Assembly: GCA_905178155.1 (NCBI GenBank)
Contig: CAJINV010000013.1
Span: forward strand, 1,202,392 to 1,266,391
From: Amoebophrya sp. A120
Taxonomy: Eukaryota > Protista > Dinoflagellata
Direction of reading: 5' to 3'
DNA: 64,000 nt
Shown here: positions 46,190 through 58,829 of the stretch, one piece after another
Numbering within the stretch: position 1 is the stretch's first letter
Layout of the letters: every line of letters starts with the position of its first letter
The notes under the pieces: model-generated
Database searches by the model: none
What the model saw: only the letters and a program-made list of their open reading frames with translations
What the model was told of the DNA's origin: nothing
Translations under genes and position numbers: made by a program

Positions 46190-49100
46190 TTTTGTTTGCT
46201 TCAGCCAAAACTTCTGGAGCATAGGCTAAGAGAGATCTTTGCTCGGGATCGGATAGTACTAGTGCAAGCAGCTCGTATTTCTGGAAGTTGTATGTAACTC
46301 CTGTGAGTGCAGCGTGCGAGACCGTTTTTGTACCGCGTTGGGAGTGTCGCAAAAACTGTAGCACTGAGTGCCGCCAAATACACGCTACTTAGGGCGATAC
46401 TGTGCTGTCAATACACGAGGCGAAGCGCTTTCGCTAAGACACTAAGTTCTAGCAGAACGCTTTCCAGCACTTCGTAAAAGTAGAGCACACGTTCTGAGCC
46501 ACTAGCAGGTACTCCAACTTCTACTTACCGCGCATCAACGAGCTGCGTACAGTCTCTCAAAGCAGCAAAATTTGAGATAAGCATGGCTCCAGCTAACACT
46601 CCTGGTCCCACAGCTGAGAAGCCCCGGCGGCCCTGGAGGACCGTGGATCATTTTCTTCCGTTTCCCCCCTTATCCGAACTCATCTGTTGCTGAGGCTGCG
46701 CGGCAACGTCAGCGGTCTGTGGACAAAATGCAAACCACGCTGTTTCTCTTGTTCCGGAAAGTACTGGGAAACGAAGTTGGGAACCTTCTGTGTGTAAGAA
46801 GCCCTAATGAATTCGCAAAAGCCAGTGATATGTTGAGAGGCTCGAGCGTACAACTAGACCCAGATCCCATAGCTCACTGGGCAAAGACCGCCACCCTGAC
46901 GCTCTACTCTGTGGCCGCACCAGCATCCGCGGGGTGCGCGGCGACGCATCTCCGGGTGCGTGGCGGAGGTGCTGTGGGTGCTTCCAACCCGCAGGGGAGG
47001 ATCCCGAAGCCCTCACTACGCGTCCTCCATGAACCTGGTCGACGCGCGGACCCGGACTGCTGAACGGGCTGCCAAGTAGTTGGCAGCGCAGCCACTCAGG
47101 GTGGAAGTTCACTCGCAGCGAATAAACGCTTCGAAGTACGTCCGTAGTGGCGCTTTTGTCCTACCACCTTCGCTGTTGTGCTTATCAATTTCCATCAAGT
47201 GAAATGGCTACAAAAATCAAAAAGTACCAGCAGCCAGCGGAGCGCTTGCGCTAATGGAAACCTATATATAAAATGCGGCTCGAAGTGCCCATGTGCCCGG
47301 TCGACAATATGCAAGTTCGTTGAAGTATGCCCATTGTTTCGTATCGAAGTACGAGGAAAGAACAAAGTAGACGCTATCAGCTTTTCAATCCTTCTCCTCC
47401 GCTGGCTTGGTTTCTAGCTATACTTTCCGTTCCCAACAACAATATGAAGCTTTTAAAAAAACAAACTGAATCTGTTTATTGAGTTTGCCTTGCCTCATGT
47501 GCTTATTGCTTTATTTGCTAGCATTGCTATTGAACAAGTAGCAAAGCCGATTGAATACACTGAACCTTGTCACGCGTTCGGGCAGAAAAATGTATGAGGT
47601 CGGACGCAGCGCCACCCTCGCATGCATGAATGCAACTTGCAGTATCCTACCTTGAAACTCAAACATCAACATAAAAAACAGGCGATAACGCGATCAATAT
47701 ACCTATCGATACTATTGCATTTTCTACGTACTAGACCCAGAACCACAGCCCATCGCCATCCAACCAAACCGAAAACTCTCATAAAAAAGCTAAAAATATA
47801 TTGTCAAAAAAGACATAAAAGCGCAATGCTGTATGGACGATTCACAGAACCTGTTTCAAGGGAGAAAATACTACGCAAACATTGCCATCGAGCCAGCTTC
47901 AAAATCAATGGACTGCTTTGTTTTCTTTTCCATCGATAGACGAAAAGTGTAGCCGTGGTGCAAAGTTAAATGCTCCTTTTCCTGCTAGAGTTTCAGGTCT
48001 ATCCAGGTTTCTGCGATTTTGCTTTCAGGTAGTTTTCGCCACTTGTACATTGGTCCTTTGTTCCGAAACATGTCCATCAGCTTGTGTGCTAACGACTCCA
48101 TTTTTCTCGTATGATACGCAGGCAGCGTGTACGCTTCACGGTAGTCTATCTGCGCGTTTTCCACACCTTTTAAAATTTTCCGGATGAACGGGCTCGCGGC
48201 CGTCCACAATCGCGTGTATCACTCGCCAGCAGTAGGGGAATGCTCGTAACTAGACAAACAATCCTATTGTTTTTCGTGCTGCGCTGCCATCTTAGTAAGG
48301 ACAGGGAGCCTGCGCGGCGAAAAAAGAATACCCCGTGGCGTTTGCAAACAATCTGCAGATGTCCCGCTTTGCTTGTTGCGGCATTTGTAGTGTTTCTTGC
48401 CCAGCGAGCAAAATTGTGAGGGTTTTAGAGGTCGACCGAAACGAGGCCTCGCGCGAGGATGTGTGCTTTCTTCATACCGGCATCGCGGCGTGCCCGGCTT
48501 GCGAATCCGGCACCCGAGTGCGAGTTGATGCAAGCCACGCTCCGGAAGGCTACGTAGGAGTGGCAAAGCGAATCTGCTGCAACGCAGATGGCAAGAAACA
48601 GCGCAGCATCGAGGATTTTTTCCCCGGAAAGACATCCAACCAGCGCCCTTGCCTTTTGCCAACTGTTTTGTAGCAGGCCTCTTCTCGCCACTCCGTTTTG
48701 CCCACGGCGCCTTTTGGAAGGGGAGGGCGGTTGCGGAAAAGACGTGGCCATCCCTGGTGAAGCACGAAGCGCACCACGCGGTGCTTTTCTTTCAAAAAAA
48801 ACAAGCAAGCAGCTCTGACGACCAATGCATCCGCGGGTCTAATTCCCAGCAATAATCTAGAATGGGGGCGGCCGTTGAAGCAATGAAAGAAAAAAATCAC
48901 ATGGAGTGGCGCTCGCACCTTTCCGATCTACTCGTCACACAAGCGGCCATCCTCGCATCCCAGAGACCTGAGCCCGGCTGCACATCAACACAATCAAGGG
49001 TGCACAGCTCCCGAGTGCAAACAAGATGTCGGCAATCATTGATTAAGCACAAGTGCGGCATTTTGTAGCTCAACATGACTGACCTGGCGTGTCAACCCGC

Positions 49101-49605
49101 CCTAAGCGCGTGTTAAGGGTGCTAGTGGCGACTCTGTTCGAAATGCTGCTCGTCTCAGCTGTGCTGCGCACTGAGCGCAGTAAGTGGACCAGTTTTTATC
49201 TTATTGCGAGTTTCCCGCCTATGGCTGGCGTACCCCATGGTCGAGGAGGAACCGTCCGAGTTTCCAAGTCGAGCTAGCTTCGATGTGGATGCTTTCGAAT
49301 TTTAAGTCCTGTACTACCTGTTCTAGCCTTCTGCCTTTGTTCACACTTTCCTGCGATGCTGCTGTGATGGCTGGCTCTTTATAGATAGCGACTGCATCCG
49401 TTTTTGTATTCGTGAACTGTGATATGCGCTCCAACCCCTATCCAAGAAAAAACTTGTGCTCGGGTAGCTCTGCCTTCTTTCGTTCCTCATCCTTTCTCTT
49501 TCTGCAACGTTGCGCTGCTTTGCATACAGAAAAAGATCGAGCCAGATAGCCCACAACAACAATTTGCAAAAGTACCACACAGCGCGCGCCAATCACAAAA
49601 CAACC

Positions 49606-52600
49606 CTAAGTGGCTCCTTTGCTCAGCGCAAAGACACGTTGCACTAATCCAGTTTTTTTCTTGAGTAGCTCCTGGTATATCTGCACAACCAAGGCGCGGT
49701 AATAAAGCATGTTCGGGCTCTCCGTACCATCATCATCATGTTCAGCGCATTGTTCCGCTGACCCTTTATGCTCGTTTGCACAAAGAGAGCGCGCAACCCT
49801 CCCCACCTCCTCCTCTGCCTCAACTCGCTTCTTTTCGGCTTCCTTCCACCTCGCGACAGCCTTTTCTGCCTTCTCAACGTTCGGCACCTCGCCGACGATC
49901 TCATCATGCGTCCAAAAATCCATGGGGTGTGGATGCTCCCTTGCGGGGTCCTTGCCTAGTTTGATGTGGCGTAGATCTGTAAGATGCTTCCTCCACACAG
50001 CAAACGATGCCTTCTTACGCAAGTCGTTTATTATGCTTTCCAGCTCCTGTGGTAGTCCTGCTCTTTTTAGCTGTGCCTTGTCATGCGTAGCGAGCTGGTC
50101 CTTCAGCGTGTGCAAATAGCGGTAGGCAAAGTAGTACTGGTCGGTCGTGGGCGTGTCCAAGATGGAGGGGTGGATCTGCGTGTAGTACAGAACGCTCATA
50201 GCCAAAACGCGGTGGGCAAGGAACTTTCGGCAGTGATGCCACAGCTTTTGCTCCGCACTCTTTATGTTAGCCGAATCAAGATGGGCAGGCAGCAGGTCTT
50301 CGTTCTGCAAATGCGTAAACTCGAGTTTCAACTTGTTGACACCATGCATCTTGCCGATGAAGTACTGAAGTGCATGATCAAACTCATGCCTTTCGTGAGT
50401 CAGGCGCCCTTCCTTGTGGTCCCTCTGCAACTTGTCATCTTTGTCGGCCAAGTGATGGTAATAGGCTCCTTGTTTCTCGTCATGCATGTTGAGACCGTGA
50501 AGTAGTTTCTTGTCATGCATGTCGAGACCGTGAAGTAGACCAAAACGGAACTCGTGCACTGTCGCCGCCGCAAAATCCGAATAAAAACGCTCTTCCGCAT
50601 CGACCTCCGGCTCTTGGCCCATTTCGAATAACCTATACTGATCTTCCACCGCACGAAAGATGCGATCGCTCTCCACCTGTTCCGGGAGTTTCAACTTGTT
50701 GAAGAGTTCCTCTCCTAAAGTGCGTAGGTGGGCATTCCTGTCCGTTTCTTTCCTATGCACGTGGTGGCGCTCCTCCTTCCTTTCTCTTTCCGCTTCCTCC
50801 TGCTTTTTCCGTTCCCTTTCTTCGCCCTGATGCTTCGCTAGCGCTTTGGCTTTTGCGTTGTCCAATTTCGGAAGGAGCTTGTGCTTGACAATATGCCAAA
50901 CGAGTCTTGGCGCCGCATGCTCTGCCGTCCACTTCTCGTACCTGAAAGCCAATAGTGCGTTTTCCTCCTGCATCTTCTGCCTCTGTTGCTCCGTTGTGGT
51001 CATCTGCTTCTTGTGCTCCTTGTTCCACGCGATCCATTTATTAACCTGGCCGCGCCAGCCAGTACGATCAGGGGACAGAATCCCGCGAGCGGCGACTTCC
51101 AGGGATAGAAACGAATACGGCTTATGTTCGTCAACGCCGGACTTGTGTACGAGGCCGTCAAGCGATTCGTCCTCGAGGTCGGCGGCAATGATCTTACTGA
51201 TCCCGTCCAAGATCGTCGACAGGGCGATCAGCCCTCCTTCCTTGTCCTCCTTCCGCTTCTTCGCATCTCCGGAAATCCATTCTCTGACGGTTTGTGCCCT
51301 TTCGGCCTTCTACTTTTTCCACGGAAAATACACATATTGATATTCGTCCCTCTGCCCTCGGTTGCCACGGACCTGCGATTTATATTGCAGAGTGGCGCGA
51401 GCGGCCGCGTCCGTACTGCTCTTATAGAGGGCGTCGCCCGTCTTGTCGAAGTTGTCCCCGTCTAAGTTGGCCTTGCCGGTCAGCACAGGTAAGCCGTAGG
51501 ACTCGAAAACATTCCAGCCAGTGTCATCTTTTAAACTCCTCTTTGCCAGGTGCTGGAGGACTTCCGCATCGACAGGACTGAACAAAAAGTGAGGCGCCAA
51601 TCGACGTGCGACCAGATTTTCGTGGTGAAGATTGTTGTGACTTTCTAGAAACTTAAGGAAGGCCTCGATCTTTTCATAGAAGTGGATCAACAGCGCATGC
51701 CCGCGGTGCACTGTCTGCCATAAATGTGCTTTCCGGTCCGCGGGTAGCTCTTCTATGAGGAACCGCAAGGCTTCTTGGTCCTCATGAAGCGGCCCTATAC
51801 TTTTGTGGCCGTGCGTTTGTCGCGATTGACCCTTGTGCTTCAGCAGCTTGTCGATATCCTTGCTGATTTGTTCGCGCCGGTTTTGCAAATCGAGTCCACT
51901 AAGTAGACGATGCTTGCCCCCCTGCCAGTCGCAGTCTTCCTTTTCCTCGCCGACCCCCGCACGGCTCTCCCTCTGCAGCGCGGAAAACACCTGATCCTTC
52001 TTCTCGTTCGATCCGAGACCAGAAAATTCCGGTCCGACGCTGATGGCAAGATCGTAGGGACGAGAAGACTCGTGTGCAGCTAATCCTTCGATTTCCGGGC
52101 CGAACGGCCCCTGTGACACTGCGAACAAACTACCACGACCCGTCACTTTCCGGTAAAAGCAATCGAGGAGAAAGAACTTCGACAATCCGTTGTTCACCAG
52201 GAGGTCCATAATAAACGGCTCGCACACCGTTCCCACCTCATACACCGCAACTCGGGCATCTGCGTTCAGGTCGAAGATGCGCGTGAACCGCCGCGTCTGC
52301 GACGAGCGGATCTGGTCCAGGCTACTTCCTGCTGTTTCACCACTTCGAGAAAAATTCGACGACTGGGATGAAAACTGAAGGTCAGTTACTTCCTCACGAT
52401 CACCGACCACATTCCCGGCCCCCGCAGGCGTCGGGTAGTTCACGGTTGTCAGCATTTGTGGGTAGAAAATCGGCGAATCCTCCTGGTCGTCGAACAGCTG
52501 CATCTCCGGAAAAAAGTCCGGTTCCGCCGGCACGTCGAGTTCGCAAAGGGCTCGCGCGCGCATTTGCCGCCGGGCGAAGTCCTCCGCGATCGCGAACCGG

Positions 52601-53950
52601 ACGGTTGGGTTCGTGAGATTCCGAAACCGGCTCATTTCCGCGAGGTGGTCTTCGTGCAACAAATGCTCGTAGATGTAGCTGATGCACCCCTCCACGCGCT
52701 CGTCCTCCGTCCGTTTGGCCTCCAGCCCGCGCGCGAGCTCGGGCGCAAAGTCCATCGTGCGGTAGTCTGGAAGATGTTCCAGAGATGCATACGCTCCTGT
52801 GCGTTGCCCTTCCTCCATTGCGGAATCGTGTTTATGATGCCCGTTGTGCTGCGCCGGAGATGGTGATTGCTGCCCGATTTTTGCGCTGCCATCCTTCATG
52901 TCAGCGCCACCTGGAAATTCATCAAAGTGGAAGGGGCCCGTGACGCGAATAATCCCCTAGAAACCATAAAATCCGAGGACAAGATGCCAATTTCTTGTTT
53001 TTGTTTCTGCTTCGGATGGAAATGAAAATGCAACATGCGTTTTTAGTTGTTTCCGCAGAAGACCAGACTTTCTCGCGCGAAACGGGCACAGAGCTGAGCA
53101 GCCCTAATTGTACTTACGCTTGATATTCCCCAAAGAAATAACGGGGTCGCGGAAAGTTATGCCACAACGTTTTCCTTCAGAAAGAAGACCACACAGACGC
53201 TGAAGTTTGCAAAATGAATCTCCTCGAGAGTCAGTGGTGGCAGCGATTTCTTGCCAAACAGTGCTACGAACTGGGCGCAACTGAGGCGTCGTGCATCAAA
53301 AGTTTGCGCAGCAAAAACCGCTTCCAATCAAAATATCACTTACCTGACGCTGCTGCAGCCGCAGCTCTGTGCTCGTTGTCCGTCTTGAACCTTGCAACTT
53401 CGTCCCGATATTCGGGTCCTTCAGCGGGCGATCCAGCCTCCGCGTCGTCGTGCTGGATAAAGGTGGATAGACTCTCCATGCCCAGTTCCTGCGGTCCTTC
53501 GATACCCACCTCGACCTGCCGGCTCCCTCCTGCAGCCGCACTCGGCTGCTCGTCTGTGAACTCATCAGCGTCCACAGCTGCGTCCTTATCGCCGTCCTTG
53601 CTGCTGTGTGTACCATCCTGACGCTGCACAGGGCCACGCTCCGAACCCGAAGCGCGGGCGAACTCCTCCGGCCATTGCCGCTCCACTAGCTCTGCGATAG
53701 CCGCGCCGGCCAAGCAGGACAGCGATGGCACAGCCCGGAAAGGGCAGGTGGAACGGGCGATATTTAGCAATGCGTACCCAACATTCCGACCCCGCCTCTC
53801 GCGCTGTCGCGCACGGGGCCGCCGCATTTTCGGCGGGTCGTCAATAATTAATGACAACCGCTGCTCAACTTTTTCCTCATAGTGCTGACACTTCCTCACG
53901 AGCGAGGTAGTTAATTTGCTACGTCTCCGACGACCGTCAACGAGCTCCAC
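49606..53950 (-). CDS. Large His/Glu-rich helical hypothetical protein, multi-exon; 5' end uncertain
   Basis: ORFs 51310-52899 and 49606-51210 share a frame and are separated by one TAG, which a 63-bp GT-AG intron (51310-51372) would remove. ORF 53336-53950 ends at a GTAAGT donor phase-compatible with an acceptor near 52911. Confidence 0.6.
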
Positions 53951-54593
53951 CGGGGTCTCGAGGGTCTTTCTGTAGTGCCCATGGTGGCAGACGCTATATT
54001 GTTTTTCTTTTCAGAACGAAGTAAAATCTGTGAGAACGAGTAGTGGAGTCTGTACTTCTGCTTGTCTATATAAAAATGTCTCACATATCACACCTCGCAC
54101 TCGTGTTTGCTCTTTCGTTTACAGCCACGCAGGCAGAGCTCTTGCTTCAATTAGGTATATCCGCACTGCAGATCAATGGACTCTGCACAGTTTGATGGCA
54201 CTGCGGGAATGAGTAGCACAAAGTCTGTACGTTCCTGCGCGCCATCGCATCTCGAGAAATCTGTGCGACAGTGCTGGCTTTTCCGCTTTTAGCGTTGACC
54301 ACGCACTTCTACTTCAAGAGCGCATACTATTTTGATCAGGATCATAGATCGCGGAATTGTTCATGTATCATGTGTGTATCACGACAGGATTTTTGGGTCC
54401 CCGCGCCCGGCAGCAGCGAGCCATTTATAATGATATGACGAGTTCGCCCTTCCTGGATGAGAAAAAACACTTCCCCAGGGGGCACATACGAAGCCAGAAA
54501 CTAGGGGAAGCGCATAGCCTGCGCCGAAGTAGGTTGTAAGCCAGCATGTTCTGCGTTGTCCCTGACATAAGCGTACACCTACGCACTTCTATT

Positions 54594-57500
54594 TCAGTGC
54601 CGTCGTCCACCGCTTTCGTACCACTTCCAGAGCAGATAGAAGCCGGCGTAGGTGCAGCTACTCAGGAGAACGGGGTCCTCGTTTCTGCGTTTGCCCAGCT
54701 CCTCCCGGAAGGGCGAGTTTCGTAGATATTCCGCAAGGTTCGCCGGATCTCGGAGCCCAGCGCATCGGTATGGACTGGGAAATCTCTCACACAGAGACCA
54801 ACTCGTCATGCGCATCACGATTCAGTGAAAAATTCTTATGCGTCAAACTCGAACAGCAACTGCAAAAAGCTAGCACTGATTCAGTAAAAGCAGAGAGTAA
54901 TACATACAGAGCATATCAATGTCTGTGCTAAAGATTCTACAGCGGATACTAGAGGATTTACGAACGACACCCCCGCCGTTGTGCCGTTTTGGTCCGGATA
55001 TTCCACAGCGCCAGCGGCTCCATCGGCGGCGACATCCGGGAAAAGTTTACCCCAGACGATTCCCGTGCTTTCTTTCGCTATGGCGGTTTCAACGAGGGTT
55101 GTTTCAAACCAGAAACGCAATGTTGGATACGGCTCCTGATTAAAGACACACGCAACAAGAGTCTGTGGCCCACGGAAGATTTTTGATTTTATTGTGCTGC
55201 CGACGTTAACGTAGGTGGCAGTCAATTTCAGCGGCGATAAGTGACGTTTCGAAAGTCGCGCCACTTTCGAAGAATAAATGTGAAAACTACAACAAACAGG
55301 ACAAATGCACCTTCGTCGAGCTTTACCCAAAAAACAAGCTAAGAAGAGATGTGTGTACATAGTGCTCTTGAGAAGTAGCAACAGGAAAGAGGCTAGCCTT
55401 CTCATGTGTATCAAAAGCAGATAACCTGAGCTTTCTTTGTACAAAAAACGCTAGTTCTTTCCTGCCATGCTTCAAACCACTAATATCCTTAGGTCGCTCC
55501 CAGTTTGGGAGCAAAAATCTTTTCTGATTTGAAATTTCCTGGACGTGGACACGCCATATTCGCATCTTCGTGCGGATTTCTTTTCCACAACTCCAGTACC
55601 CTGTCACGCGACACACTGAATTATCGCAGAAAAAAACTCGTGCTTATCAAGATAAGGATGGCGAGATTCTCAGCACTTTTTTTGCTCAGCAGGTGATGCG
55701 GGCTTCTGATTCATGCAGCGTGGTGCTCGTTCCCTGAACAACTCACTGCTGTGGGTATACGCAGATCCTATTTTTACAAAAATGTCCCCGCAATACCAAG
55801 ACAGTGACAACAAAATTTTCTTCCAGGATATGACCCGCACCAGGTACACGAAGAGTGGCAACCCGTCGGCCCGTTCCGTGAGGCCAAAGCACTGCTTTTC
55901 CACGATCAGGTCCTCGGTGATGCCCACTTCTTCGGTCACTTCCCGCACCGAATAGAATTCGGCGTACAGGGTCCCGACATCGTCTACGTTCGTCAACTTG
56001 GGTTCGTGAAAACCGCCCCAGATCGAGTAGAACTCCGGTAAGTTCGGCGTGTTCCTCGCGCGTCTTGTGCCACTTTCAGGTCGTGGGAAATTGTCAAAAT
56101 ACACACAAGTCACAATTCCCGATTGCAATGCGAATCAGGGCGGTGTGGAAAAATGCCTTTCGGCCGTGACCGTGAGTCGTCCTTTTTGGCTTTCTGAGTG
56201 CCTTTCTAAATCTGTAACCGAGACAGACACAACTCTGTTTGTCACCAGAGTGTTTCAAAGAGCATAATAGCCCACTGCGTTTGGTAATTACCATGATGCC
56301 CGTATTTTATGACCGTAGTCAGCCGTGGACTGCTGTTTGCTTCAGTTCCCTGATGCAAAAGAGTATTTAGGTTTTGCTTTTGCGTCCGCCTTTAGTAGAG
56401 TAACAAATTGCAAGATGAATCCAGTACAAGTTTATGATTCGAATCTCGATCGATTTCCCACCTGCCACTCATCCCATACGCTTCATCAGGGCCGTAAAGT
56501 TGTCCGATGTTTCGATCAGAATCAGGTGTTATCACCTAGAAAAAAGCCAGCATATCACATTTGAACAAATTGCGATGCCGGGATAATTCTAGCAGGAGCT
56601 ACTGCTAGTGCTCGGAGAACAATTGTTGTTCTTGCGAACAATATTTTTACCAAGTGATAAATTACTGCTCGGCTGCGCAAGGAAGGACCGAATCCCGAGA
56701 GTTCCGTTTGGACCAGCGCCGGGTCTTCGTGCAGCAGCTGCAGCCTCTTCTTTGGCGTGTAACCCGGAACGTCCATCGCCCAGAACGGTATTGTCAACGT
56801 AATGCTCTCGCACGCAGCTCGTGAAAGTCGCGGTACCGCGGCCAGGCTCCGCAGGACAACCGTCCTTAAGATCGTCGTGGTCGTGCACACGATAAAAAAT
56901 TTTCGTCGCCTGTATCAAGAAAAAATCTCCTTCCCGGAGGGAGCAACAGCCGGGCCTACACCTAAAAGCAAGTAAGCTGACTGTATGAACTGCGCACGAT
57001 TCCCTATCTTACTTTCTGATGCGCCAGGACAAAGCACGCCGTCGTAAATTGCGCAGTCTCTTCAGCGACCAATGATCGTAATTCCGTAGATTAAGTTCAT
57101 TCTACTAACCTCATACATAGGTCGTAACTACCTGCTCCGGCGCAATATGACGACCATGCGATTTAGAATGTCGAATAAGGAGCAGGCGCATCTACTCAAA
57201 CCTTCTTTCTATTGCAAGTCGTTCAAGTATTGCCAACACAGCTAAACGATGTTGCGCCACTTCTAGAAGCACTGCAAGTCTTTCGGTACTGCTACTCACG
57301 TTGTCTTTCAGTTTGTTCGCAACTGACCTCCCAGAAGTAGACGCACTAATTTGCAATGCTTACTGGCTTCCAAGGTGCGCGGTATTGGCACGTCCACACG
57401 ACCGGGCTGCAACACAGCGAGAGTGGCTTGAATGCACTGCAAAAGGATCGACCCTTCTCAATTTTTATGCGGAGTTACAACCAACGGCGACATCTGCACA

Positions 57501-58182
57501 CAAGAAATTTGGTTTTTCCCCGCTCCGTCGGTACTTACACAAGGAGACTGCTCTGCTAAGTATGATGTGAAAGCACATGCAGTGCAGAAGTTCTTGCCGG
57601 ATCATCTTCTTGCCCCACGAATAACCACATGGAATCCACTGTGGAGACTCTAGTACCAGGCTACTTGCAAGAATTGCGGTGGCCGTCATTATTTTCGGGT
57701 CTATTACAACGTAAGTCGAAAAAGACGAAAGCATGCAAATCCGCAGAAGAACTTTGTATTAATGCGACATCACCTTTTGCCGCACTGATACTGCCGACAA
57801 AGGCTCGAAAATCCGTCAAGCCCACCTGGATGGTTGGTATGGACGCCCCCCCGCTTGGTTCAGCGCCACTTGCAATGTGCTCTGTACCCTCTCCTCCATC
57901 CCCGCTTTTCTCGTCGCCGTCCGCAACATAGTACCTGTGAAACCGGAACTTCGTGCCGTTCCAGCATTTCGGGTTCTCCGAAAGGCACTTCTGCCATTCC
58001 TGCTCCACGAACTCCTCGATTTTTCCGCCGCCCCGCCGGTCAAAAGAGCCGTCGGCCTGGAACTCGACGCGAAACCTGGATTTGAAATCCTCGAAGGAAT
58101 TGCAGGGGTTACAAGACCAGTCCAAATGGACGAAGAAAACGGCAGGCAGGTCGTTGTGGACCTGGACAGGGACGGTTGACAT
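54594..58182 (-). CDS. NUDT22-like Nudix hydrolase, multi-exon
   Basis: N-terminal W...L..NP..WNGTKFR...VGLTDFRAFVG (57661-58182) and a Nudix-like box WGGFHEP...SVREVTEEVGI (55670-56128). Internal exon boundaries unresolved. Confidence 0.7.
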
Positions 58183-58829
58183 GTTGATGCGTTACCACTG
58201 CAAATGCAAATATCTCTCGTCTCTCTTGGACCGCAATTTCTCGTGATCCAGATCAAGGACAGTGGTCTGCCACTCATTCTTCTTGCGTATCTTTCATTCT
58301 TTCACCCGTGGCTTTCCGTACGAGCCGCAGGCGCAGCAGAGCAAAAGAAAAACGGAGTGAAAAATATTGGTAAAAGCAAATATCCGCTGTAGGAACGAAA
58401 ACACAAAAAACCAAAACGAACACGCGAGCGAGCGATCTTTCAAATATCCAAGAAAGTGAGGAAAGCAAAAGGTGCAGCAACAGTGCTTCTATTTCGGGCG
58501 ACCAAACGTATCGATCCCCGACTCATTTTCATCGCAACCATACGTGCTCTCCTCGCTCGCGCTTCAGAGTTGCACAGGACGTTGCAGCTTCGCGCTTGTT
58601 CTTTTGCAGCGCAGCTGCCACACTATCATGAGTCGTGGACCTGCAGAAGAAAGTCGGTTCGCAAGTATTAGCATGTGGCAGGAGGACACACGCCAGCCGT
58701 CCTCCAGCCCAAACAGCAATGTCCCTGCGCAACTGCCGGAATGGGGATCTGCAAGCGCAGGGTGGATCGAAAATTACTGCCTCGATCCAACAATATGGTA
58801 CAACTCACACTTCAAGTTTTTCTCCACAG

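Noticed and set aside
46400-49600. Short ORFs on both strands as genes or a decayed transposon
   Set aside because: No recognisable motifs, consistent exon chain, TIRs or TSDs found; left unannotated.
56913-56945. TATCAAGAAAAAATCTCC as another element end
   Set aside because: No matching partner TIR or TSD seen; on the minus strand it reads as a pyrimidine tract plus CAG acceptor.
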